64,000 bases of DNA, from positions 38,192,001 through 38,256,000 of the forward strand of contig NC_045138.2 in assembly GCF_008831285.2 (NCBI RefSeq), in the 5' to 3' direction. A program made the position numbers and the translations under genes. The first letter of the stretch is position 1. Every line of letters starts with the position of its first letter. This document shows, in pieces, positions 13,108-25,917 of the stretch. The notes beneath the pieces are model-generated. The model was not told where the DNA came from, ran no database searches, and saw only the letters and a list, made by a program, of their open reading frames with translations. This DNA comes from Nymphaea colorata. Its lineage: Eukaryota.

Positions 13108-15571
13108 CTACAAAATCGCACCAACAATAATTGCTATAAGAAAACCAAAGACTGCTCCTGCAAGAACCTCACTCTCTGTATGGCCAACTGATTCTTTTAA
13201 CACAACATACTTGTGATCTTGCTCCATTTTTGCACCATCATTCATAACATCAGACTTGATTTCTTCAGGTTTATATACATTGCTAGGATATTTGTTCAAC
13301 ATGGTAGCTCTAAACTTCGCTGCTTCAGATCCTCCTTCAACCGCCACCAGCTCTTCGGCCGGCGATAATAATGGAGCATTGGTTTCTTTCGAAATTCCTG
13401 TAGATCTTGAGTCAAATTCATTGACAACGGCTAAAGTATCCCTTCCTTCCGCAAGAGAGATTCGGTTGCTTTGGGCACCAAGCAGTCTGCTGTTTATCAC
13501 TTTTGCATGAGCACCAACTTCCTTTCTCACGCCCTTCATATTGCCAAAATCAGTCCATAAAGTGCTTGGGCAACAAAAGCAAAGAATAATACTAACACGC
13601 AACTTTACCAGAATGAATGCTAATAATGTTTACGTATTTGGAATCTTTCCGATCAGAAATATGTATGTGACCAAATGGACACCATCATCACGTAATAAGC
13701 TATATTGTTTTAAATGTCTAAACTGCTTTCTAGGAAATTCTAGGAAACTCTATTTCCTTTCTCTGAAAAATCCGCTTTTTCGCTTTTAAATTGTTTCGTG
13801 CTTCAAGCCCTTGCCGATTCGTTTGGAATATGAATAACTGATGATGATTTTGATACGAAGGATTCCTTTAAAGAGAATCACCTGAGCATCATACATGACA
13901 ATGGCTGCAAAAACCACGGACAGACCAAAAATGGGGTCTGCGAATCCTCTGCATATGGAAAAGATGATCAATAGATTGAACACATGAAATCCACAATTGG
14001 GGAATTCAGCATATCAATGGCGATTGTTAATATTTAATGCCAAAGTTTATAAATAACAGCTTATCAGCTCAAATGCCAGAAATTACTCTCACCTCTCTAA
14101 CCCAATTGCAGTTGCCGCAGCAATAACACTCTGCACCAGAAATGAGAAGAAGAAACGATAAGTAACAATTCTGCAAATGAAATAGGCCATGAAGTACAAC
14201 GAAAGGAAATATAAATAAAAGGCTCACTCGTGATTTTATAACCGTTTTGGAAGTCATACATCTCGCTCTTAGCAGTATAACAATATAAATTGCTTTCCCC
14301 AAATGCTCTCCTGGACGAGTTTCTCTAGCTTTTGGTGCTAATGTCAAGAATCAAATCTAGATACAATACTTCCGACAATTAAGAGACGAACATGAGACGC
14401 CGGAACAATCAAAACTGTCTTAGAAGGCACTGCCACGAGTTTCTAATCATCTCAGATCCCATTTCATCTCAAAACCTCAGATTTTTAAAGTCTCTGGATG
14501 ACAACCAGACCTTGTCACTCTGACAGATGATACCTTTTGACAAAGCAAATTGGCAATTGTGGACTTCAAGTGTGGACCTTAGGTGTCTGACCTAAAAAAC
14601 TTGCTTTGCTGAACTATGGATTTCGGGTGTTGATCGCTTGCAACATGAACTTTATAAATTTAAGATCCCTAGCTCTCAACTTGGATGTGATGTTTGAATT
14701 GAAGGGCGGGGAGAATGACCGAGGCAGACACTCTTTTTGGAAGGTACACCGTACACCCTCTCCCTCTCTTCAACTAATGACATCCTCCACCAAATCATAT
14801 TGGATAGAAACTATTGAAGAGAAGACGCTCAAACGTTCTCCTCCATGCTGGGAAAACACCCTCAGGTTCACTATTTTCGTGTTCAAAGCAAGCACTCTGG
14901 AGGTGAAATTATACTTTTCAATGATAGTAGAGGGAATTTTTGCTATCATGCCAGGTGGTGAGCCACTGGTAGGGCAGGTATGAAGAAAAAATCTATGTAT
15001 AAGGCAACTCGAGTAAAATCATCCAATTTCCATCGCTTAAGCGTTAAGAATTTAACTAAGTTTCCATCACCAGCCAGGCAGATTCACAACAAGCATCACC
15101 AACCCAATTTCCATGAATTTTCTGCCAGGCGATGAAAAAATGAGAGAGAAAGAAACCGTGAAAGAAAGAAAGAGAAGAAGACTGGGTGCTTACTGCCGAA
15201 TGAACTGAAGGCATGCCTCCCGATCGCATTGCTGCCCGAAAATCGACGCCCTTCCCATTCAAAGCAGAAGTGAAGGGCTTAGAGAATTGGCCGAGTGCAG
15301 CGGCAGCGGTGGAAGAAATCAAAACCTGAAAGTCGATGGCGAATTCGAAATTCAGGAACCTCACCATATTTATTTTTTATTCCGAATTTCTCGAAGTGGG
15401 TATCGACCGAATTACCTTGTTGTGGACGATCTCGGAGATCTCATCGGGCCGGAGCGCTGAGCAGATGAAGGGACGCTGAGATCTGCTGCATACGGGAAAG
15501 GTGCAGCGATTGAATCGCTTAGAACTAGAAGGAATGGGCAGAGGATAGGCAGAGGGTAGTGAGAAGGGCAT
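13108..15571 (-). CDS. DUF212 / divergent PAP2 (acid phosphatase/vanadium-dependent haloperoxidase-related, YuiD-like) protein with likely plastid transit peptide
   Basis: Exons 15571-15416, 15325-15194, 14130-14093, 13948-13882, 13533-13108. Motifs SGGMPSVHSA, GF.DPIFG...VFAAIVMYDAQGVR...G.HA and L.ESVGHT..EV.AG. Ser/Pro/Arg-rich N-terminus. Confidence 0.92.
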
Positions 15572-15751
15572 TGTTCCGACACCACCACTGTCCACTGACC
15601 ACACTCGAAGGACGTCGCTTTGCTTGGTCCGCGACTTGGTTGTTCAGGTGAGGCAAACCGCTCCAGGCTCCAGTTCTAGCCAGAACCAAGTCATTCTAGC
15701 ATTGATTGCAGCGACTACGTCATCTCCCCCTCTCTCCCACTCTACCTGCAG

Positions 15752-15758
15752 ATTTATA
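15752..15758 (-). promoter_or_regulatory. TATA box of the DUF212 gene
   Basis: CCTATAAATC on the minus strand, ~180 bp upstream of the ATG. Confidence 0.5.
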
Positions 15759-16895
15759 GGGTTAGGAAACCTTGCAGTTAAATTGAATCCCAAGGTATCA
15801 TCACCATTATACGTTACTTGGCTGGCTGGAGACCAAGGTTAGAAGATTGGGATTCGATTCTCCCTCTTCCTCTACTACATCAAGAACTTGCTTGGGCAGC
15901 CAAAGCTTGGCCTTTTAAAGCTCAGGATGATATATTTCAACGTGGGACATTTCATCCATTTACCTACTCGAAAAATATTGAGAAATCAAATTTGGTGACG
16001 CCAACGGGATTCTCTGGTTTGGCTTAATTTTGCATCTACTTCTGCCAATTTTTAGGTTTTGTACCTGATCGAGTCGTATTTGATTCTGATATGTACCTGA
16101 AATGGATACAGTGAACTTTTCTTTTGTTTGATCAACCGGCATCCATTACCTTTTCTGCATTTTAGGTAGTGGGGATGTTTGATATATCTTTTGGCCTGAA
16201 TGTAGAAAAGCGGGACATAGAAGGGTCCAACTTTTCTTCCACTTTTATTCAAGTTCTTTGAACGAGACGAAAAGGAAACTACGATCTTGATAGCATAACG
16301 GTAGAAATGTATCTTAACTATCGTGAAAGTTCTCACCACCATAAACTTCTAATCTTTACAGCAATAATTTCACAACTTGTCTTCTAAAAATATAATGGCG
16401 ATGAATCTAAATTGTATTCAAGTCAAGTCAAGTCATTCTGTCTACTTGTTTCAACCCGTTGAAGTCAGCTTGTTCATATCATCAATTAGACCTCCATAGA
16501 GCAATTATTATTTTGTTGTTGTAAGAAATTCAGTTATGACGGTGCATACTACTTTGATTTTCACTTGAATTTTCATATTGTTCTGGATTATGTCGTGTCA
16601 GTAGTCTTTGCACTTTCTGCTGGTTGATTCACTAGTTCTTCTTCTTCGTCATTGTCATTAGCTACGCTTTTTGTGTGTATTAAGTATGCCATTTTCTCGA
16701 ATTGTCATGAAACAAAGAAGATAACAATTTCTTCTTGCTTTTGGAAAAGTAGACTCTCAAATATGAAAGAAGAAATCTCGAATGGCCTCATCAGTCAATC
16801 AACCAATAAATGCACAATCTACTTGAAAAATAAACTGTTTGTGGATGGCAGGATTTTGAATCTGTTATTCAACGTGTTCATGTCATGGGCAACCA

Positions 16896-17012
16896 ATTAA
16901 AGCCATCAAACTTGATGCGTATAAAGGTGGCTGGTTCAAACCATCAAGCTTGACTTTAAAGGATGTGCTGTTGTATACGCCAGGATGAATATTCAAGCCA
17001 TCAAACTTGACC
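16896..17012. repeat. Three spaced copies of aagccatcaaacttga
   Basis: Copies at ~16901, ~16938 (variant) and ~16996. Confidence 0.7.
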
Positions 17013-18429
17013 TTAGATGAAACTTTGACCTGCTACACACCCTTCTCTCTAACCATCTCCAAGGTTCAGGGTTCAATGATGGAGAGAAAAAAGTCTAAGG
17101 ACTCAATAACCCGTTCCGGAGTAAAAGCAAACATTCACCACATCTAACGGATTTGAACCCAAAAAAATTAGGAGAATTTCTCTGAAAAATATGATCACAG
17201 TTCTTAGTTGATTCTGATGTATGACTGCAAACCAAACTCGCATCCAGTATGAACAATTCTTGGAGACTTGAAATAAAATTGCAAATTCACACAGGCAGTT
17301 CAACCAACTTCTTGTTGGCAAATAACTATACATCATAAAGAATATGTCTAGCAACGTGTTGGGTAAGGAGCATCATGTTCCTATGTATGCAACAGGCCAT
17401 TCCTAGTTGAACATATGAACCATCATCAACATATGAGATGCTTGTTGGTGAGGTTTAGATATATCCGATTACCGACCCAATTCTTAATCCATTCGATCTG
17501 ATCTGGTAATAAATTTGAATCCAATAAATAATCCAGTATAGATTCTGCATGCAACTTCATAATCAAAATTGGAATCTGAATCCGATATCCAAGTGAAATC
17601 TAATGGACTAGTTCGATTACATATAAATGTCAAATATTATCCTGGTCCAATCCGAGTCCAAATTTGGATCCAATTATATAGAATGTGATTAAGAAAAACA
17701 CTGGAAATGTTTACCGCTACACAGATCCTCCAAATTTAAGATTTGTCAGATTCAAATGCTCAAAGCGTGAACACCAAGGGGAAATGAGAAGAAAAGACAT
17801 TCTTTATAGTCATACCTTTAGATTCTTTAGAGCTACACCTCACATTCATATATACATCAAATTGTAATGGTTTTACAACTCATGTAATTAAATATTTCTG
17901 AATATATCGTTGATTTCAGATATCGCAGGAATAGAAGGATTGCAGCCAGAATGTTCTCCAGCATTGAGAATCTTGAGATTCAAAACGGTTCGTTTCTATG
18001 ACGGCTAAAATATACATGACACCACATCAGATTCAACTCCATCATCTGTCGCTCGACTTGTTTAAGCACTTGACTAACACCATTGCCATACTCGGATATG
18101 AGAGAACTCATACAATCGCACCTGTCATTAAATCAACTTTCCATAACGTTATGTAGACTTCTTTGGTTTCCAACAACATTGAAAAATTGTCATGTTCATC
18201 AAATTAAAAGCCACTTTTTCTGTAAAATACCGAAAAAAGGATTCACTCTCTCAAGTGCTTAAACATGCATATCTAAAATGAAATCAGTCGAAGAGGAAGA
18301 GATAATAACAATGGCAGTCCACAAGCAACAATTTTTGGAGACTTGAAATGAAATTGCAAAATCACACAGGCAGTTTGACACCGGAAAGTGGGAAAAAGGA
18401 GGCGATAGGGCAGCCATTACATGTAGGCG

Positions 18430-19400
18430 TTACAACAATGGGAACAGTGTGTTCCAGAATTTAAGAAAGGTGTTTGCGTGGAGCTTTGGTCAAACAATCT
18501 TTTAAGATTGAGCGGTTGAGGGAATGTTCTAAGTTGGCTAGAGTGTTTGAAGAAATGAATGGAAGACTTAATGCCCTCAAAAAGCCTTTATAAGGGAGAG
18601 AGTTCCATCCTTAGCAGTAAAATGGACCATGTATAGAGTCCAAGTAAGTCCAAAGTTCCTTTTTCTTAGGGTGTGTTCGGCAATACTATGTGGGTGTTTC
18701 ATAAATCTGTTCCAATGTTTAAGATAGATTCATGGAACACTAGAAGTATGTGTGTTCATGAATGTGTCCCAACCTTTAGGGCAGATTCATGGGACACTCA
18801 CAACATGTTTCATTTACCAAACTACCCTTTAGGAAAGAGATTCTTAAGATGCTCAACTTCTGATCAAGAACAAAAACAGTGGAGGAGAGGAAAGGGATTT
18901 TGTTTTAATAGCGATGAAAGGTGGTCTAAAAGCCATAAATGCAAAACTCCATTGTAAATGCAGTCCACAGTGCAGAAGAAGAAAATGAAGATGAAGGATA
19001 AAAAGAACGACACAAGGAAGCCAATTATATTTCTTAATTCTGTTTAATTCGTCCAATCAAGTGAAACTAAAAGGGAAATCTACCCCTATCTTGCTAGGCA
19101 ATGACACCACATGAACCTATTGAGAGAGGGACTAGCTTATGAATGGGGAATAGCTCTTTGAAAAATAACTCAACTCTAACTCACAACCTAGGCAGATGTA
19201 TCCCAACTAGCATCCAATAGGTATAAACATTCAAGGAAATAACTTTCTGGCCAATTGAAAGATTTTGCTTGAATCAAAAGCGTAGACCTAGTGTGGGGCA
19301 ATCCTCGGGTCCAATAATTGGGAAGGTTGAACCGAGTGGGCCTAAGATGAGGGTAACAATAGGCCAAAGAAATGGGTTAGATTAAGCTTTACAATTGGTG
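18430..19400 (+). mobile_element. Degenerate Ty3/gypsy gag-protease remnant
   Basis: Broken translations ECSKLARVFEE (gag-like), WRRGKGFCFNSDERWSKSHKCK (RREKGLCFNCDE.W...H.C knuckle) and a VDLVWGNP-like post-protease motif, with multiple stops and frameshifts. Confidence 0.68.
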
Positions 19401-20425
19401 GATAAAAGTGCAATAGGAGATGACCCCCTTAAGAAGGTGGATTTGACATGGTCCACTAGGCTTCATGTCGAACGTCAGCTCCATAATGTCAGGGCCAATT
19501 AGAACAAACAAGAGGCTAAAAGTGCAGAAGATTAATATATGCCAATTTGGTTGGTGATAAGGGTGGGACTCGCACTGGTAATACGCCAAGAGGCATATCT
19601 GTTCCGGGCCATCATCTTCTTCCATTGTGAAGAAGAGGTTTTAGCCACGAGATGGGTTCCGGGGAGAGACCCAACAGGCCGGGGTCCAGGAGCCAGCGCA
19701 GCGGCGGGAAAATCACTGCCGAGCAGCCAGAGCCACTTCCGGGATATTGTCGCTGCTCTGGGGCCACGCAGACGCTGCTCCGGCATCGGAGTGTAAGATT
19801 TAGACCAACGTGTGTTAAGTGTAGATACGAGAGGTTCAGAGACGAACATTAAGTGTCCAAGAAAATACATGGCAAAATGTTTAATACAAGGTAAGTCACC
19901 AACATAATAGGCACCGCTTCTATTATTCCTCTTCGTCCACGAAGCGATGACAAAAATCAATCATTTGCCCACACCACCTTCACTCACAGATGGTATCCAA
20001 TAGTCCAACTTAGTCGATTGCGCCATACCATCTACGCGCACCTGCAATCCAACAATCACATACATTAGATTCCTTAAAGGAAAAATCAGACGAATCTAGA
20101 GAAAGTAAAGGTCTTCAAAAATCAGTTCCTTTTCTTCAGAAGATTTATGTGAAAAATTAACGAGATGAAGGAAAAAAATCTTCGCGTACTCCAATCCAAA
20201 ACCAAAACCAAAAGAAAGAGAGAGAGTCTAAGCAAATCGATGTAGAAGTCACCATATATTTACCTATACTCTTTATTTGTATAGAAAAGTAAACAGAAAG
20301 AGCTTCCGCAGAAGGGAAACAAAAAAAAAAAACAGACATCAAAAGCAAAGCCTAAGAAGCAGGGTTGCATTCCTGCCTGTTCCTGCGCTTAAAATGACAT
20401 GAGATGAGAAAACAAAAGGTGGGGA

Positions 20426-23400
20426 TTACAACTTTGCTTGGACACCAAGTCTGGCTTTCAACTCCTCTGCAACTGATTCAATGAACTCTTGTGTGTTCAA
20501 ATACCACTCTCGAGTAACCCTGTGCAATTGAGCAAAAAATGTCTGATGTCAAGACCAATATATATGCAACTCATTCAACATAAAAGATCTCAAAGACAAA
20601 GAATGCCAAAATCAATGTTGAATGATCTCAGAAACAAAAAATGCCAAAATCATGCACAAGTAACTCTAGTATTTTTTATAAGATAATGTCCACGCCATTG
20701 AACCTAGCATCTAAAACTTGGTGTGGTTTTTAACCGATTACACTACCTATTCTTTAAAAACAGTTTGGAGGCATCCGTACACTATCTAACGGTGGAGATT
20801 GTCATTAGGAAATGATCTTTTTCTCTTCAAATCACTTATATCACCGTAATGTAAAGTAACTGATCAAGTGACCATGAAAAATGTAGACAATGCATCAATC
20901 CCTATGGGCGTGTTGAATCAGCTCCTAAACCACCATCAAACAGCCCCTCTCGGACATCAAATCATCAGGAAGTCATGAGACATTCCCAAAATAGTTGCAC
21001 CCCTATGGTTGAAAAATGCAACGTGTTCACCACGTCTTTGACTAAAAATGAGATATGCAGGACAGAATGTCGTGACAAATTTCCCCCATAAAGTTACAGA
21101 TTTTGGGACAGAATGTCGACAAAACATTCTGCCTGCCCGATTCACAAATGCTGTAAATAAGATATCAGTCCTCGAATTGGAGAAGTTTACTTGGGTCCAT
21201 GGATGAGAAGAGCCAAATCTTTGGTCATTTTTCCTGACTCCACAATCCCAACACAAGCAGCCTCCAATTTCTCTGTGAAATCCAAAAGCCTCTCATTGTT
21301 ATCAAGCTTGGCCCTGTTCAAAATCAATTACAGAATGAGTGAACAAAGTCATGGTTCAGAAAGAACTAAGAAGATTGTGTCAGTATCACAAGCAGCTACA
21401 TTACTCCATCCTGCCACATTTTAAGCACGTTATCATTGGAAAACTACAAAAATTAACTTTCTATATTGGAATTCATCAATACCTGTGTGCAAGACCACGT
21501 GTCCAAGCAAAGATTGAAGCAATGCTGTTGGTACTTGTTTCACCACCCTTTTGGTGGACACGATAATGTCGAGTAACTGTTCCATGAGCAGCTTCAGCCT
21601 CAATTGTTTTCCCATCAGGGCAAACCTGTTCAAATAATTCAAACAGGGCAACCAAGCAAAAATAAAGTCAACATACATGTCAGAACAAGTTACAGCAAAT
21701 AATAAAGGTAACTGAGTGCATCCAGTACCAGCACAGATGTCATTAGTCCAAGAGATCCAAAACCTGCAAAACAAGAAGCCAGTTCTTAGAATGGCAGCAT
21801 TCTGTATTATCATGAAAACAATAGAAACCTCGAACAGTAAAGCTATTTTCCCCAACAGAAGACAAGCAATTATCAAGGTCCAGGTATATTCGACAGACAA
21901 CAAAAGAAAGCAACAGAGCTACAGACTGAGACGGTATCAACCAACTTAGGTTGCTCACTATTCATGTCAAAGATGCAATTTGATATAGTTAATAACATGG
22001 CTTCAAGGTGGGCAAAAGCGGTGTTTGGTAACAGATCCCAAGTTCCACATTTGTTATACAAACTAGCTAAGCAGCACCAGCAGACAAATCTAACTGCCAA
22101 ATGCACAGAAACCTTGCCTTAAGAAATCACTCTAGCCCATCATGATTGCCATTTTTGAACGCGGTGGTATACAAACTAGCTAAGCACCACTAAACACAGA
22201 AAATCTAACTACTAAGTATGCACATACCCTGCGCTAAGAAATCACTCTGCACATCACCATCATAATTTTTGCAGGCCCACACATATCCACCTTCACTCTT
22301 GAGTGCATAAGCAACCATATCGTCAATAAGTCTGTGCTCATACCTGTTCGTTTTAAAAGATTGTATGAGAAGTTCACACTTCCTATAGAAAAATGAGACT
22401 GGTATAAAAGAATAATAGACCTTACCATATCCCTGCAGCCTCATACTTGGATTTCCACTCACTCTCATAGACCTCCTGGAAAATGTCTTTGAACCTGAAA
22501 ATGGATGCAGCAGAAAGCCAATTACATAGTTTAATCATTAATGCTTGACTTGCCTATAGGAGGACGTAGATTAAAAGCAATTGCTAATATTTCAGAATTA
22601 CTTCCATGGATACAGGCTGCCACATTGCCAAATGTACCTAGCAAGCAGGAAGCAGTCAGAAAAGAGAACAAATCATAATACCTCCCATCATATTTCTTCA
22701 AGATTGTATTTTTGGTACTGAGATAAAGCGGCCACTTCTTCTGATAAGCTGTGGCCATTGAAGCCTCCGCAAATGCACGTATCGACTGTCATAAAAACAA
22801 TTCAGATAAAAATGGCTAATTGGCAGTACATCACTGCATGCCAGCAAAATACTAGACTAAATCAAGAGAGATGAAAAACAAAGACAACAACAATCAAACA
22901 CCTCATCAGTGTTGTACATTGACAGAGCAACTCCTCCAGCACCCTTAAAATCATATACTTCTAGTTCAGTCTTCTCACAGCTTCCTTCTGGAACTGCAGA
23001 TAAGAAGATATGTCACTGAAATGTGGAAGAAAGACTGAGAAACATTATGATTTCATAGAACATTTTATCTTCTTACCAAAAACTAGCTTAAGCTTTCCAG
23101 GTCCTGAGACGACCGTATCAGTTGCCCGATATTGATCACCAAAAGCATGCCTTCCAATGCATATAGGCTTTGTCCATCCTGTTAATGCATAAACAATGAA
23201 TTCAAAAGCAAACCATGAAATATCTGCAACCAGGAGTAGAGCTATGAATTTTTCTTGGAGGGTCCAAACTATATTGTCCAAAATTTTAAATGCAACTAAC
23301 TATACTTTAGAAAAATTTGCACAGGAATTTTTTTTTTATAATTATAACATGGACTTTTATTGTTCCAAATCAGCTTTCAGGGTCTACGCCCAGATTTGAT

Positions 23401-25796
23401 CAACCAGAGCTCATGTGCAAGTTTCACATGCTGCAGAGTCAGTAAAAACTGAAGCACAAAGTGGGATATCTTATGATATCTTCAATACCTGGCACAAGTC
23501 TTGGGACATTCTTGCAAATAATTGGCTCCCTAAATACAGTGCCTGAAACAAGAACCAATTTCACTGAGAAATTACTGTGCTACTTTACACAAATTACAGC
23601 AGAAGAAAAGGCTATAACCATTTAGAATATTCCTGATTGTGCCATTTGGGCTCTTCCACATAGCCTTCAGATTGAACTCCTTAACACGGGCTTCATCTGG
23701 TGTGCATGATCAAGATGTAAGAGAAACAACCAGAATACATGTTTGTGCAACAACAAGCAATTACAGACTAACTAAAAATAATTAATTGCTAAATTTACAC
23801 TAGATCCACACCAGGTGTTATAGTTGCACATTTGATAGCCACATTATACCTGCACAAAGTTCGTACCACAATAAGGTTCAAAACAATGATATTAGGAAAG
23901 AAGTTTCTGATGAAAGAAAGAATTCAGATCTCAAATAGTCAAATTAGTTTTAACATGTATCCCACATACAAGTTTACAAGGACAATATCAAAGAAAATAT
24001 GAAAACCTTAGAGGATAGCAAGTTCCCTAATAGGTTCCTTTGATTTACATAAAATGCAGTTGAATAAGAAATGGTTTCAAACAAAAAGTAAATATTGGTA
24101 AAAGCTTCATGCACTTAGTTATTAACCGTAGCACATGATGAAATAGAACTAGGAAAATGAACAGTACTTTAAAGTGGCTTCAGCACTCTCAACAGTAACT
24201 TTGTCATCGGTAGCATCGCGGTTAGGAAGTCCAAGGTCAAAGTACTTTATGTCAAGCTCCAGAAAAGGAAAAATAAGCTGTCACATCCACCAATACACTA
24301 AAATCAGACACATGATTAACAGATTGAAATGAATTATCAAGAAGAAATTTAATTTGGAAGCATGGATTTCATCATGATCACCTTGTCCTTGATCATTTGC
24401 CAAAAAACTCTCGTCATTTCATCCCCTACATTAAATAAGGAGTTTGACATTAGAGCTTGAAAATAAATACGTTTATTCATAAGTAATTCATTAGAAAACA
24501 AACCCAGGAACCATGAAAATATAGCAAGCTCTAAAGTGCATTGAAAAACTACATCAGTGGAACAAATAACCAAAAAAAGACATGCAATACATCAAGAAAC
24601 AAGTAAGAACAGCTACACATAGATACTGAAAATTGAGGCCAGTGAAAAGAGAAGCAGGTCCTAATCAACACAAATACTCTGTTTCATGAAGACACTAAGC
24701 ATCTGGTTTGCTTCTTGGAATATCGGAATGTCTACTACAACCATGCCAACAAATGAGTACGACTAAGAAGTAAAAACACTAAATAACCTATTGTGTATAT
24801 GGACCACCCTAGAGATAGGAAGACGCAGTTCCAAGACTCGGTGCCCACCAAACACATTTGGAGAAAGGAAAACCATAGGTTGATGACTAACAAAATACAA
24901 AAATGGACGACCAAAAAAGAGCGCACAAACAACTAAGGAGAGAACAAAAGTTCCTTAATCCGCTCCAGGCTATTGCTTAAAGAAAGTTAAAAGATGTTCT
25001 CTCATCGAGAAAGGAGCAAAACAACAGACCGCCTTGCAAACAAGTCAAGGATTCACCAATAGCTCATAGCTCGCAAACATGTCAACTTTTGGTTCCTACC
25101 CATAAATCTATCGCTTCACGTTGTGATCACACAACCCATAAAAAGATCACATAGAATCAGATCTGACTAAATCAACGCTAGAACCGCTCTTACTTCAGAA
25201 GTTCCGGTCAGAAACAGGACTCGAAAAGCTTTTTTTATATACAACAGAAATATTTCAGCAGATCTTCCCAAGCGGTAACTGGAATCTTGAAGCCTTAAGG
25301 GGGGAAAACAAACGAAGAGAAGGAGATTAACTTCTTACCGAGACCAGTCTCTAAGATCACAAATCACATGAAAAGATATAAGGAAACAGACAGATTCGAG
25401 AAGTTTTATTTTAGCAGGGCGAGAGAAAACTGAGACAACAAAAGGAAACATGTCACTGAAGGAGAACACAGAAATGAAGAGTAAATAACACCACAGACAA
25501 ATAAACAAATAACAGAAGAAATCATTTGCTGCTTAATTATATCTACTTCCTCCCAACCCAGCACTACCCAACTGAAACAAAGACAATGAATATTTCTAGA
25601 TCAAAAGCTAAACTACAGACAAAAAGATAACCCCCACAAACTCCTAAAAACAAAAAGGAAAACTCACACCTACAAAGACACCAAAATAACAAACTACTTG
25701 GTTCTTGATGTCTACCAAAACGTCGAAAGATGTAAAGGAACCATTACCGTCCATCTCGACGATAGGATTGGCGACCTTGATCTTCTCGAACCCCAT
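20426..25796 (-). CDS. ICDH: NADP-dependent isocitrate dehydrogenase (cytosolic/peroxisomal type), 15 coding exons
   Basis: Exons 25796-25748, 24425-24382, 24277-24168, 23849-23812, 23696-23619, 23542-23489, 23178-23077, 22993-22902, 22785-22682, 22494-22426, 22343-22228, 21763-21729, 21625-21483, 21313-21191, 20519-20426. Sequence [62 protein letters not shown]; ends ARLGVQAKL*. No transit peptide. Confidence 0.97.
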
Positions 25797-25909
25797 GGCT
25801 TCCAAGACACAGAGAAGACCTGTCACGGAGATCGGAGGAAGCAAGGAAGATGGAGAGTGAAGCCGGAGGAAGGAAACGGGGAGAGAAAAAACGGGAAAAG
25901 TACCCCGCC

Positions 25910-25917
25910 TTTTATAG
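25910..25917 (-). promoter_or_regulatory. TATA box of ICDH
   Basis: CTATAAAAGG on the minus strand ~115 bp upstream of the ATG, followed by a CT-rich leader. Confidence 0.6.

Noticed and set aside
15572..15604. Upstream GTG start for the DUF212 gene
   Set aside because: In-frame ATG at 15571 in good context already gives a transit-peptide-like N-terminus
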